A stretch of DNA of 64,000 nt from Myxococcales bacterium (lineage in GTDB: Bacteria; Myxococcota_A; UBA9042; JABWCM01; BTVJ01), in contig BTVJ01000037.1 in assembly GCA_045863395.1 (NCBI GenBank), positions 8,010 to 72,009 on the forward strand, written 5' to 3'. Numbering within the stretch: the stretch's first letter is position 1; every line of letters begins with the position of its first letter. The notes below the pieces were generated by a model. That model made no database searches. It worked only from the letters and a program-made list of their open reading frames with translations, and was not told the origin of the DNA. Positions 1 to 9,700 of this stretch are shown here, in pieces. The translations under genes and the position numbers were made by a program.

Positions 1-2
1 TG

Positions 3-722
3 ATCAGCGCGAGCCTGGGGGACCCGGCCGCGAAGTACGCCGCTGCTCGCAAGAAGGTCTTCAGCTACATGCGCGCGCCCCTGGGCGTGTCGGCCTCTAC
101 CGGGCCTCGCACCATGCCCAAGATCCTCGGCGATGACCCGTACATCGGGCAGATGCCGGACTCCGTCAAGAAGCTGCCCCTCACGCACACGCAGTTTGCC
201 CTGCTCCAGCGGTGGTCGGACGGCGCCTTCACAGCCCCCGACGGCAGCACGCCGCCACTTGAGATCTCCCCCCACGGCCTCGACCGGGCGGCCCTGGAGA
301 ACTGCGTGGGTGGCGCCTTCTTCCCGGGCATCGAGTTCGGGTGGCAGATGCGCAACCCCAACCTCTTCATCGAGCCCTTCCGCCTGCACCCGCAGGCGAC
401 CAGCGGCTACCCCGGTGAGGAGGGCGTGCCCATCGGCCCGGGCCACTTCTCGCGCCAGATGGCCGTGCCCTGGCAGGCGGACTTCAACGACTGCCGCAAC
501 GAGGGCAACTACGCCTGGTGGCCGTCCCAGCGGCCGACCCACGCGCTCCCGACCGCGTCCGCCAGCAAGCGCCTGGACTGGGCACGGCCGACCAAGCGCT
601 ACAGCGCCGGCAACCTGGAGAGCACCCACGAGGACATGGTCGCCCACTGGTTCAAGTATGGCTTCGTCCTCGAGGAGGGCGACGTGTTCGTCGAGAAGGA
701 GCGGGCCGCGTCCATCCCATGA
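3..722 (+). CDS. LodA/GoxA-family CTQ-dependent amino acid oxidase, C-terminal part (5' end outside window)
   Basis: Frame is open back to position 3. Motifs CVGGAFFPGIE and MAVPWQADFNDC...WWPSQRP carry the Asp, Cys and Trp of the cysteine-tryptophylquinone site. A flavoprotein gene follows. Confidence 0.9.
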   Translation: MSASLGDPAAKYAAARKKVFSYMRAPLGVSASTGPRTMPKILGDDPYIGQMPDSVKKLPLTHTQFALLQRWSDGAFTAPDGSTPPLEISPHGLDRAALENCVGGAFFPGIEFGWQMRNPNLFIEPFRLHPQATSGYPGEEGVPIGPGHFSRQMAVPWQADFNDCRNEGNYAWWPSQRPTHALPTASASKRLDWARPTKRYSAGNLESTHEDMVAHWFKYGFVLEEGDVFVEKERAASIP

Positions 723-2014
723 CCCGCTTCGACGTCGTCGTCGTGGGGGGCGGTCCCGCCGGCCTCGCCGCCGGGGCCGTCCTCGCCCGAGGGGGGCGCA
801 CCGTCGCGGTGCTGGAGCGGGGGAGCTGTGACCAGCTCCGCGTCGGCGAGACCCTCGGGCCGGAGGTGGGCCCCCTCCTCCGCGCCCTCGGGGCCTGGGA
901 CGACCTCTGCGCCGTCCTCTCCCATCAGGTGCCCTTCACCGAGGTGAGCTCCGCCTGGGGTTCCCCGGCACTGTCGGAGCGTCCGTCCGTCCAGCACCCC
1001 CTCGGCGAGGGGTGGCACGTGGACCGGTCGCTCTTCGACCGTGCCCTCGCCGCGTGGGCAGCCCGAACCGGCGTCGACGTGCGCTTCGACGCAGGCTCCT
1101 GCACCGTCGCACGCGAAGGCGGCGGCTTCCTGGTGCGTCCGCGGCGGGGGGAGGCGGTGTGGGGGCAGCAGCTCGTGGACGCGAGCGGCCGGGGCGCGCC
1201 CGGCTCTAGCGCCTTGGGCCGCTGGCTCGCCCACGACCGGCAGGTGGGGCTCCTCGGACGCTTCGAGGGCCCCCCCGGCTCGGGGCTCCTCCTCGAGGCC
1301 GTGGCGGAGGGGTTCTGGTACGTGGGGCCCCAGCCAGACGGCACGCTCATCGCAGCCTTGGTCACCGACGCGGACCTCGTGCCGCGGGACCGCCAGCACT
1401 TCCTGGCCTCCCTCGCCAGGACCCGCCACACGGCCCGGTGGCTCGACGGGCGCTCGCTCCTCGGGGAGGTCCACGCCTTCCGCTCGGACAGCGGGCGCCT
1501 CCTCCCGGACCGGGGCGACGGCTGGTGCGCGGTGGGGGACGCGGCCATGGCGACCGACCCCCTCGGCGGCAACGGCGTCGCGCGGGCGTTTCAGAGCGCC
1601 CTGGGGGTTGCCCTGGCGCTGAGCGAGCCGTGGGACGGGCGGGCCGCGTCTCGCCGGTTCAGCGACTACATGGATCTGCGCGCCACCTATTACATCATGG
1701 AAGGTCGCTGGCCCGACGCTCCGTTCTGGGCGCGCCGCCGCCCGGCCCATCCAGACGGGAGCCCCTTGGAGTGGCGACAGGTGGACCTGGCGTTGCCGCC
1801 GGAGACCCTGCTTGCGTGGGTCGGGGATCCAGGGCCTGCCGCAGAGGCCTGGCTGCCCCCCGCGGCCCTCGATGCGCTCCGCAAGGCGCTGGCCGGTCCC
1901 CTCCCGGCGCACGTCGCCCTCACCCGCGTGAGGGAGGCGGCGCCCATCGGAGATCAGCGCCTCCTCGCGGGCTTGCAGTGGCTGCTCGCGGCGGGAGTGC
2001 TCGCCCCCCGGTGA
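719..2014 (+). CDS. LodB/GoxB-type FAD-dependent oxidoreductase (CTQ maturation flavoprotein)
   Basis: ATG overlaps the upstream TGA (ATGA). Motifs DVVVVGGGPAG, VGETL, VDASGR, AVGDAAMATDPLGGNG and the WPDAPFWARR ending typical of this family. Confidence 0.85.
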   Translation: MTRFDVVVVGGGPAGLAAGAVLARGGRTVAVLERGSCDQLRVGETLGPEVGPLLRALGAWDDLCAVLSHQVPFTEVSSAWGSPALSERPSVQHPLGEGWHVDRSLFDRALAAWAARTGVDVRFDAGSCTVAREGGGFLVRPRRGEAVWGQQLVDASGRGAPGSSALGRWLAHDRQVGLLGRFEGPPGSGLLLEAVAEGFWYVGPQPDGTLIAALVTDADLVPRDRQHFLASLARTRHTARWLDGRSLLGEVHAFRSDSGRLLPDRGDGWCAVGDAAMATDPLGGNGVARAFQSALGVALALSEPWDGRAASRRFSDYMDLRATYYIMEGRWPDAPFWARRRPAHPDGSPLEWRQVDLALPPETLLAWVGDPGPAAEAWLPPAALDALRKALAGPLPAHVALTRVREAAPIGDQRLLAGLQWLLAAGVLAPR

Positions 2015-2021
2015 CCCCCGA

Positions 2022-2243
2022 TCAGCCCCCGAGCCGCACCGACGGGATGGACACGGGGCGGACGTTCATGCGCCGCGGCGCTCCGCTCGCGACGGGGAGC
2101 GTGGCTGTGGTCCGGGGGGCCGCGCCTCGGACGGCCGCGGCGGGGTTGGCGACGACGCCGGCGACGGCCGCGGTCGCGGTCGTCCCGAGGAAGCGGAAGA
2201 AGGCCCGCCGGTCGTTGCGGGGGCTCTGCGATGCCTGGCTCAT
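2022..2243 (-). CDS. Small hypothetical protein with twin-arginine (Tat) signal
   Basis: DRRAFFRFLG followed by a hydrophobic stretch and an AxA site (NPAAA); GAGGG upstream of the ATG. Confidence 0.5.
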   Translation of the reverse strand: MSQASQSPRNDRRAFFRFLGTTATAAVAGVVANPAAAVRGAAPRTTATLPVASGAPRRMNVRPVSIPSVRLGG

Positions 2244-2554
2244 CTCGTTCCCTCACCATGGTGAAGCCCGCGTCTGCGGGCGGTGGCTCAGTTTCCCGGC
2301 GCGACGGGTCGCCGCCGGTTCATGTGATATGGAGCGACCATCTTACCCGAGACGCGGCGGCGTGGTACGAAAAATGTGGGCGGAGCGACGATGTTTCTGT
2401 TGAAGCCGAGCTCTCCCAGGCTCCGATGTTCGTGGCGATGGAGCCGTCCAACCGGCTGCCGGTCCCCACCAGTGGCATCTCGCGAGGTCCTTTCGCGTGT
2501 TCGTGCGTGGAGTCCCCGGATACCCCACACTGCGGGGCCCAAGAGGAGGAAGCA

Positions 2555-3151
2555 ATGAAGGTGCTCGTGTCTGCGTTCTCTCTCGCCCACCTGCTCGCCT
2601 GCGCCTCACCCGAGGCGCCTGCCGCACCGCCTGCACCGGCCGAAGCCGTCCCCATCGCGGCGCCGAACCGGCTGCCCGAGCTCGTACTCTCCCCCACTGC
2701 GACGCTCGTGAAGCGCGCAGAAGTGGCAGCGCTCGTCGATGCGCTCGCCGTCGAGAAGAAGATTGAGTCGTCCCATGTAGGTGCCGCGGGTGCACCGAGC
2801 GCCATCTACGCGAAGTGGGAGGCCGTCGAGAAGGCGGCAAGCAGCGAGGAGCTCCAGGCGTTGCTGCGTCACGAGCGCCCCGTGGTTCGTGCCTACGCGG
2901 CGCGTCATCTCGTGCGGGGGGCCACGCCCCTCGCGGCGCAGTCTCTGGCCCCGCTGCTGTCGGACCTGGCCGACGTCGGGTCCACCGACGGGTGCATGAT
3001 TGGAGAGACCACGGTCGCAGCGATCCTCGTCGAGGACCTCTGCTACAACGCGAAGGACAAGGAGGCGGCGCGCGCCCTGCTGCGAGAGGCCGTCGATGGC
3101 GGGCCCGAAGACGTGGCCAGGCAGGCCGAGCGCTGCTTGCCCAAGCGGTGA
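2555..3151 (+). CDS. Putative lipoprotein with HEAT-like repeats
   Basis: GAGGAGG RBS before ATG 2555; lipobox LLAC; Pro/Ala linker; LLRHERPVVRAYAA HEAT-like segment. Confidence 0.65.
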   Translation: MKVLVSAFSLAHLLACASPEAPAAPPAPAEAVPIAAPNRLPELVLSPTATLVKRAEVAALVDALAVEKKIESSHVGAAGAPSAIYAKWEAVEKAASSEELQALLRHERPVVRAYAARHLVRGATPLAAQSLAPLLSDLADVGSTDGCMIGETTVAAILVEDLCYNAKDKEAARALLREAVDGGPEDVARQAERCLPKR

Positions 3152-3407
3152 ACGCCACCGAGGACGCGGTGGGCAGTCGCCGAAGTCGAGAGAGCCTGGC
3201 TCTGGGCGCTCTCACCGAGCTGCGCCGACCGGGTGCCCTTGGAGTCAGCACCGCGATCACGAGAGCTCGCGCGGTGACACCGCATCGCGGCGCTCGTCTA
3301 CCGCGGGTGATCTTCGAAGCCCGAGCAGCGGTTGTTGCCGTCGCTGACCACACCGCCTCGCAGGTCCCGCGCGTTGACACTCCACAGCGCCGGCGCACAC
3401 TGGCGGC

Positions 3408-5477
3408 ATGGGGGTGAGCCGCCCATACACCGCTTCATCAGTGCGTGTTCCAGCGTTGCTCATCGGTCTCGTCGCGAGCTGCGGCGCGAACTCCGCCGCT
3501 CCCGACGGCTCCGTGCCGGACGGCGCCCCTTCCGTAGACCTGGCACCACCTGACACCGCGCCGGACTCTGAAGCAGACACCGCGCCGCCTGCCCCGCCCT
3601 GTCCCCCGGCCGCGCCGCCGCGCTGGGAGCCCGAGCCGCTGGTGCCGCCGGGCCGTGGCCTCGTCCCGTGGCTGGCGTCGCGCATCCCGGACATCCCCAT
3701 CCCCGAGGACGCAGGGAGCATCGGGACGTGGCAGGCAGCGCTGAGGGCGGAGCTGGTCACGGCGCTTGGCTTCGATCGCGTGGAGGCGCCCGGAGCGCCG
3801 GTCGCGGCACAAAACGTCGGCGCCTACCCGATGGGCGACGTGATCGCGGGGCGCTGGCTGGTCGAGGCCCACCCGGGGACGTGGATCCCCACGCTGCTGC
3901 TCGCGCAGGCCTCCCCTCCGGCTGGAACGGTGCCGGGCGTCCTGCTCCAGCACGGCCACAGCGACCCAGGCAAGACCCGCACGGCGATCCTTACGCTCGG
4001 GGTGACGCTCGCGCGGCGAGGCTGCATCGTCGCCATGCCGGACTGGCCGGGCTTCGGGGACCTGGACGACGACTCCTGGGGCCACCTCCACGCGGAGGGG
4101 AACCTGCTCGCGGGGGTGTCCATGAACGTGCCGGTGACGACCGTTCCGCGGCGCGTGCTGGACTGGCTCGTGGCCCGCCCGGGGGTGGATCCGGCTCGCC
4201 TGGGCGTCGTGGGGCACTCGGGAGGCGCCGAGACGGCGATGTACATCGCGGCCGCCGACCCGCGCGTGACCGCTGCGGCCATCGTGGATGGGGTCGACTC
4301 GTGGCCCTGGCGCCTGCAGGAGGGCCTGGCCCGTGACCCGGAGCACTACCCGGTGGGCCTCATCCCGCGCGCCAGCTACGCGGCGGTCGTCGCGCTCGTG
4401 GCGCCCAGGTGGGTCGCGGTGGTCTCCGGCGACAGCGATCACACGGCGGGCCCGAGCCATGTCGTCGCCCGCGTCGTCGCGCACGCGCGGCGCGCCTTCG
4501 CGGCCCATGGCGTGCCCGAGCGGCTGCGTCACTCTCCCGTCGCGACCGGGCACAACCTGAACGCGAAGAAGCGCCTCGCGGTGTACGCGCTGCTCGCAGA
4601 CGCCTTCGGGGAGCCGGCGCTCGCGGGGCCAGAGGATGGGCAGACCTGGTCGGACGCCCCCGGCCTGCACATGGTGCCGCCGCCCGGCGGGACGACCCTC
4701 GACAGGGTGCGGGCCCTCCTGGACGAGGCGCTCGCCGGCCGCCCGTCCCACCCGTCGTCTGAGGCGCTCCGGGTGGTGCTCTCCTGGGCGCCGCAGCCCG
4801 CCACCTGGATCGACAGGGGGCCCACCCGCACGGACCGCACCGGCGGCCTCGTGGAGCGCCCGGACGCGCCGCCCCTGCCGGCGGATCTGGTGCAGCCGGC
4901 AGGCCCCGCTCGGTCGGTCCTGGTGTGCTTCGCCGACGAGGGTCGCGTCGGCTGCTCGGCCCTGGCGGACCAGCTTGCGGCGACGGGCCTCGCCGTGGTC
5001 GCCGTGGACCTGCGGGGCCAGGGGGAGCTCCAAGGTGACTGGCCCTTCGACGACCCGTTCCAGCGCCTGCGCCTCGCCAACCTCGCCGTGGCGCTCGGCG
5101 ATCCGCTGCCGAACCAGCAGGTCCGCGACGTGGGCGCCGCCTGCTCGGCCGCCCGGGCGCGCACCGCGAGCCGCGCGCCGGGCTGCGCGGTCGTCGGGCT
5201 CGGCCCGCGCGCCGGTCTGATCGCCGTGCTCGCGGGCGCCGCGGACCGCATGCTCGCCCCGGTGCTCGCGCCGGGCGCGGAGCTCGATCTGCGCGCTCGC
5301 TGGACCGCACCGAAGGGGGTGGCGCCGGCGGAGAGCTACCCGTTCGGCCTCTTCACGGTCACCGACGGGCCGGGCCTGGCGGCGCTGCTCGGCGACCGGG
5401 CGGCGCTGATCGGCGCACCATGGAGCGGCTCTCCCGAAGAACGAGACGCGGTCTGCGAGGCCCTCCGCGCGCCGTGA
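3408..5477 (+). CDS. Lipoprotein with alpha/beta hydrolase (acetylxylan esterase/dienelactone hydrolase-like) domains
   Basis: Lipobox VASC; LLQHGH; nucleophile elbow GHSGG; second, degenerate hydrolase module (VDLRGQGE). Start could be the GTG at 3441. Confidence 0.75.
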   Translation: MGVSRPYTASSVRVPALLIGLVASCGANSAAPDGSVPDGAPSVDLAPPDTAPDSEADTAPPAPPCPPAAPPRWEPEPLVPPGRGLVPWLASRIPDIPIPEDAGSIGTWQAALRAELVTALGFDRVEAPGAPVAAQNVGAYPMGDVIAGRWLVEAHPGTWIPTLLLAQASPPAGTVPGVLLQHGHSDPGKTRTAILTLGVTLARRGCIVAMPDWPGFGDLDDDSWGHLHAEGNLLAGVSMNVPVTTVPRRVLDWLVARPGVDPARLGVVGHSGGAETAMYIAAADPRVTAAAIVDGVDSWPWRLQEGLARDPEHYPVGLIPRASYAAVVALVAPRWVAVVSGDSDHTAGPSHVVARVVAHARRAFAAHGVPERLRHSPVATGHNLNAKKRLAVYALLADAFGEPALAGPEDGQTWSDAPGLHMVPPPGGTTLDRVRALLDEALAGRPSHPSSEALRVVLSWAPQPATWIDRGPTRTDRTGGLVERPDAPPLPADLVQPAGPARSVLVCFADEGRVGCSALADQLAATGLAVVAVDLRGQGELQGDWPFDDPFQRLRLANLAVALGDPLPNQQVRDVGAACSAARARTASRAPGCAVVGLGPRAGLIAVLAGAADRMLAPVLAPGAELDLRARWTAPKGVAPAESYPFGLFTVTDGPGLAALLGDRAALIGAPWSGSPEERDAVCEALRAP

Positions 5478-5756
5478 CCGGGGCGGCCCGTCCCAGCGGC
5501 GGCGGGTGTCCGCGCGGACCAGCGCCGTCTGCGTGCCCCGTCCCCACGCATCGCGCGGTTCCGTGAGGCGTCGGGCTGGTCGCGGTCCCGCAGATCCCCC
5601 ACGATGTGGACCACATCGCGCCTGCCGCGGCCTGAAGAGAGGAGCTTGGGCATGCCCCGAGGACGTCGCATGACGCGCCGGGAGGACCTGGCGCCTGGGG
5701 CGGCGGCCGTCCGCTGCCAGCGGATCCTGGTGCGAAGCGCCGAAGGAGGTCCACCG

Positions 5757-6014
5757 ATGAGTGACACCGTTCTCTGGGGCGACCACCAGGTGGTGCCGTT
5801 CCGGTCCGAGCCCCCAGTTCTTGAGGTGCCGACCGGGCGGCTGCTCGTGTCCCAGAGCGACGACGTCGCCCGCACCCGCCACCGCGCGGACCGCGAGTTC
5901 GCCCGCGTCAGGGGCGTTGCGCTCGTCGTCGCGGGTGCGTCGCGGGACTGGGACCTCCTCCTCGCGACAGGCCGCCTGGGGCGTGCGCGAGCGGCCGCCG
6001 GGATCCGCGGATGA
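5757..6014 (+). CDS. Small hypothetical protein translationally coupled to chrA
   Basis: Strong AAGGAGGT RBS before ATG 5757; its stop overlaps the chrA ATG (ATGA). Confidence 0.5.
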   Translation: MSDTVLWGDHQVVPFRSEPPVLEVPTGRLLVSQSDDVARTRHRADREFARVRGVALVVAGASRDWDLLLATGRLGRARAAAGIRG

Positions 6015-7399
6015 GCGCCAACGCCCCCCCCCGGACGGAGGACGCCCCGGATCCGCTCTCCCTGCGCGCGGCCGCTCGCGTGTGGGGGCGTATCGGCCTG
6101 CTGAGCTTCGGGGGTCCGGCCGGGCAGATCGCGCTGATGTACGAGGAGCTGGTCGTCCGTCGCCGCTGGATCGACGAGGCGCGCTTCCTCCACGCCCTGA
6201 ACTACTGCATGCTGCTGCCGGGCCCCGAGGCGCAGCAGCTCGCCACCTACATCGGCTGGCTCCTGCACCGCACGCCGGGGGGCCTCGTCGCCGGGCTGCT
6301 GTTTGTGCTGCCGGGCTTCGTCGCCATGATGGGCCTCGCCGCTCTGTACGCCGCCTTCGGCACGCTCCCCGCCATCGCGGCTCTGTTCTACGGGCTCAAG
6401 GCCGCGGTGCTCGCCGTCGTTGCGGAGGCGGTGCTCCGCATCGGCCGCCGGGCGATCCGGACCCGCGCCATGGGCGCCATCGCGGTGGCGGCGTTCGTCG
6501 CCATCTTCTTCTTCGGGGTGCCGTTCCCCCTCATCGTGCTCGGGGCGGGCCTGACGGGGCTCGCCGGCGGGGCCCTCGCCCCCGGCGCCTTCCCCGCTGG
6601 CGCTGCGGCCGGGCCCGCCGCTCACGGGGCGTGCCTCCTCGACCGCCTCGAGGCTGCCGGCGCCCTCGCCCACACCCGGCCCTCCGTGCCGCGCGCGCTG
6701 CGCGTGCTGGTCGTGTGCCTCGCCCTGTGGGTGCTGCCCGTGGCGGTGCTGGCGGGGGTGCTCGGCACGGGGTCGGTCTTCGTGACGGAGGGGCTCTTCT
6801 TCTCCCAGGCGGCCGTCGTCACCTTCGGCGGGGCGTATGCCGTGCTCGCCTGGATCGCCCAGCAGGCGGTCGAGGTCCACGGCTGGCTGAAGCCCGGCGA
6901 GATGCTCGACGGCCTCGGCCTCGCAGAGACCACGCCGGGGCCGCTGATCATGGTCGTGCAGTTCGTGGGCTTCCTCGGCGCGTGGCGGCACCCGGGGCTG
7001 CTCCCGCCCGGGTTGGCAGGCGTGATCGGAGCCTGCGTGACGGTGTGGGTCACGTTCGTCCCGTGCTTCCTCTGGATCTTCGCCGGCGCCCCCTGGGTGG
7101 AGGCCTTGCGCGGCCACCGCCCGCTGCGCGTCGCCCTGTCGGCGATCACGGCGGCCGTCGTCGGCGTGATCCTGAACCTGGCGCTCTGGTTCGGCCTGCA
7201 CGTGGTGTTCGCCCGCGTCGGAGTGCAGCACGTGGGGCCGGTGCGCCTGCTCGTGCCCGAGTGGGGCACGGTGGATCCGGCGGCGGCGGTCCTGACCGCC
7301 GCCGCCCTCGTCGCCATGCTGCGCTACCGCGTGGGGCTGCCGGCGACGCTGGCCGCCTGCGCGGCGCTCGGTGCGGCCTGGAGGCTGGTCGGCGCCTGA
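6011..7399 (+). CDS. chrA: Chromate efflux transporter, CHR family (long chain)
   Basis: Two homologous hydrophobic halves with SFGGPAGQIALM, LLPGPEAQQLATYIG, TFGGAYAVL and ETTPGPLIMVVQFVG. Confidence 0.95.
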   Translation: MSANAPPRTEDAPDPLSLRAAARVWGRIGLLSFGGPAGQIALMYEELVVRRRWIDEARFLHALNYCMLLPGPEAQQLATYIGWLLHRTPGGLVAGLLFVLPGFVAMMGLAALYAAFGTLPAIAALFYGLKAAVLAVVAEAVLRIGRRAIRTRAMGAIAVAAFVAIFFFGVPFPLIVLGAGLTGLAGGALAPGAFPAGAAAGPAAHGACLLDRLEAAGALAHTRPSVPRALRVLVVCLALWVLPVAVLAGVLGTGSVFVTEGLFFSQAAVVTFGGAYAVLAWIAQQAVEVHGWLKPGEMLDGLGLAETTPGPLIMVVQFVGFLGAWRHPGLLPPGLAGVIGACVTVWVTFVPCFLWIFAGAPWVEALRGHRPLRVALSAITAAVVGVILNLALWFGLHVVFARVGVQHVGPVRLLVPEWGTVDPAAAVLTAAALVAMLRYRVGLPATLAACAALGAAWRLVGA

Positions 7400-7574
7400 C
7401 GGGCGCGTCGTGGGGCGTCTCGGTTTGGTGCGCCCGCACCACTTCTCGACGGTCCCGAGACCGTCGACAGTGTCACCTGACGTGGTGCAGGCGCTGGGAG
7501 GCGTGCCGGAGTTGCGTAAACGCCGCCGTGTGGTTCTACCTCGGGCTGCGATGCTGCGAAGGAGGAACCGTGCG

Positions 7575-9077
7575 ATGGGTGAGCGAGGTTTGCGAGACCG
7601 GGTTCCTGCAAAGTGCGTAGTCGCTTCGAGCAGAGGGCGGAGCGTGCTCGAGCACTCCCCGGAGGCGGCGCTGGAGGGCATCTTGGGAGCGGGCAGCGAG
7701 CTCGTCAGCGGAGGGCCGGCCCGGTTGGCGGGGGCTGGACGGGCCGCGGCGTTGCTCGGCTGCCTGCTCGCTGGCTGTGGCGGGGCATGGGCGGCCGGGC
7801 CCATCGCGGTGCCGGCGCCTCGTGTCGGGGAGGCGCCGGCGCCCGCAGCGCCCGTCGAGGCCGTCGCGTGGATGCGAGGCACGTGGCGGACGGCGCCGGA
7901 GGGGCCGGACGGCGGGACGGTGACCGTCGAGCGGTGGCTCCCGACGGACGGAGACGTGACGCTCGGCACCTCGGAGACCACGGAGGGCGGCCACACGACC
8001 TTCTTCGAGTACCTGCGCATCGAGGCGACGGGCGGTGCCCTCGTGTACGTGGCGCAGCCGCGCGGAGGGCCGGCGGTCCGCTTCCCCGCCACCCTCGTGG
8101 AGCCGGGCCGCGCGGTCTTCGAGAACCCGGCGCACGACTTCCCCACGCGCATCACCTACCAGCGGGAGGGGGAGATCCTCGTCGCGAGCATCGAAGGCCC
8201 GGGCAGGGACCCCGTCACCTGGCGCATGGCCCGCACGTCTCATCCGCCTCCGCCGGAGGCCGCTCACTACGAGGGGCCGGTCATCGATGTGCATGCCCAC
8301 GTCTTCTTCGACGGGGACGGCGGCGCGCGACGGGACGCCTCGCCCGCCGGGCTCGTGCGCCAGACGAAGGGTACGCCGGGGGCCCGGGTCGGCGTCATCG
8401 TGATGGCGCTGCGCCCGGGTATCGAGGAGACGCGTCGCCTCAACGACCGCCTCACGGCGCTCGTGGCGGAGCACCCGGGCCACCTGTTCGCCATCGGCAC
8501 CGTGCATCCGGCAGACGGCGCCGACGCGCTGCGCGAGCTCGAGCGCATCGCAGGCCTCGGCTTCCGCATGCTCAAGCTGCACCCGAACACCCAGTCCCTC
8601 GACCTCGACGGCGAGGAGGTCTCGGCCGTCGTCGGGAAGGCCGCCGCACTGGGGTTGCCGATCCTTTTCGACTGGTCGGGCGTCTTCGCCGCAGCGGACC
8701 TCGGCCCCTACGTGAAGCTCGCGGCCCGGCACCCGGACGCGCGGATCGTCCTCGCCCACATGGGCGGCACGAAGTTTCACGACGCGATGCTGCTCACGGC
8801 GCTGCACGAGTATGCGTGGTTCCGCGGCAACCTCTGGGTGGAGCTGTCGGCGGTGGCGCAGCTCTACGCCCGCTCGCCCTACCGCGAGCAGCTCGTGCAC
8901 GTGATCCGCCACATCGGCGTCGAGAGGGTGCTGTTCGGGTCCGACTACCCCTTCGCGCGGACGACGGCGGAGGCCCTCGAGGACGTGCGCGCGCTCGGCC
9001 TCACGCCGGACGAGGAGCGCCTGATCCTGCACGACAACGCGGCGAGGCTGCTCGGGCTGGGGGCGTCGGCGCCCTGA
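7575..9077 (+). CDS. DUF6265-like domain fused to amidohydrolase_2 (TIM-barrel metallohydrolase)
   Basis: N-terminal WMRGTW...FFEYLRIE...LVYVAQP...VFENPAHDFPTRITY; C-terminal IDVHAH, LKLHP, LAHMGG, LFGSDYP. Start is uncertain (GGAGG at 7561 suits ATG 7575); a signal/lipobox-like LLAGC lies further in. Confidence 0.75.
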   Translation: MGERGLRDRVPAKCVVASSRGRSVLEHSPEAALEGILGAGSELVSGGPARLAGAGRAAALLGCLLAGCGGAWAAGPIAVPAPRVGEAPAPAAPVEAVAWMRGTWRTAPEGPDGGTVTVERWLPTDGDVTLGTSETTEGGHTTFFEYLRIEATGGALVYVAQPRGGPAVRFPATLVEPGRAVFENPAHDFPTRITYQREGEILVASIEGPGRDPVTWRMARTSHPPPPEAAHYEGPVIDVHAHVFFDGDGGARRDASPAGLVRQTKGTPGARVGVIVMALRPGIEETRRLNDRLTALVAEHPGHLFAIGTVHPADGADALRELERIAGLGFRMLKLHPNTQSLDLDGEEVSAVVGKAAALGLPILFDWSGVFAAADLGPYVKLAARHPDARIVLAHMGGTKFHDAMLLTALHEYAWFRGNLWVELSAVAQLYARSPYREQLVHVIRHIGVERVLFGSDYPFARTTAEALEDVRALGLTPDEERLILHDNAARLLGLGASAP

Positions 9078-9097
9078 CGCCGCCCCCTGCCGCGAGC

Positions 9098-9700
9098 TCA
9101 GTCGTCTTCGGGGTCCCGGGTGCCCTGGGGAGCAGGGGGGGGCAGCTCCACCCCGTCGTAGAGGGCGTCCACGGCCAGGGTCGCGCCGACCGACGGCAGC
9201 TCGAACCGGTCGCCGCGACCGTAGACCTCGAGCACCCAGGGGCCCACGGCGGTGCGGTGCAGGCGATGGACCGAGACGCGCTCCGCGTCGATGAGCAGGT
9301 AGTCTTCGAGCGTCGGGATGCTCCGGTACATCTCCAGCTTCCGCCCTCGATCAAACGAGGCGGTGGACGGGGACAGGATCTCGGCGATGAGGCGTGGAGA
9401 CGCGGCGATGTGCGACGTGCCGGGGCCCGGCTCGCAGGAGACGACGAAGTCCGGGTAGAGGAAGGCGTCCGCCGCCTCCACCTGGACCTTGACGTCGCTG
9501 ACGAAGAAGCGGCACCCATGGCTTCGAACCTGTACCCCCAAGTGCATTGACAAGTTTCCGGCGATCTGCCCGTGGTTGAGCGTCACACCGACCATGGCGA
9601 AGACCTCGCCCGCCACGTACTCGTTTTTCGTGGGCTGCTCCGCCTCCCAGACGAGGTAGTCCTCCGCCGACATGTACTTCTTCCGGGCCGTGCTCGACAT
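9098..9700 (-). CDS. Uma2-family PD-(D/E)XK endonuclease-like protein
   Basis: MSAEDYLVWE...KNEYVAGEVFAM, YPDFVV, IAEILSPST, DRGRKLEMY; AGGAGG RBS before ATG 9700. Confidence 0.92.
   Translation of the reverse strand: MSSTARKKYMSAEDYLVWEAEQPTKNEYVAGEVFAMVGVTLNHGQIAGNLSMHLGVQVRSHGCRFFVSDVKVQVEAADAFLYPDFVVSCEPGPGTSHIAASPRLIAEILSPSTASFDRGRKLEMYRSIPTLEDYLLIDAERVSVHRLHRTAVGPWVLEVYGRGDRFELPSVGATLAVDALYDGVELPPPAPQGTRDPEDD

Noticed and set aside
7570..7620. 16-aa leader peptide after a GGAGG RBS
   Set aside because: The same RBS fits ATG 7575 of the long downstream ORF, and there is no independent support.
9098..9700. Restriction-modification or defence island around Uma2
   Set aside because: No methyltransferase or other defence genes are adjacent, and stand-alone Uma2 paralogues are common.
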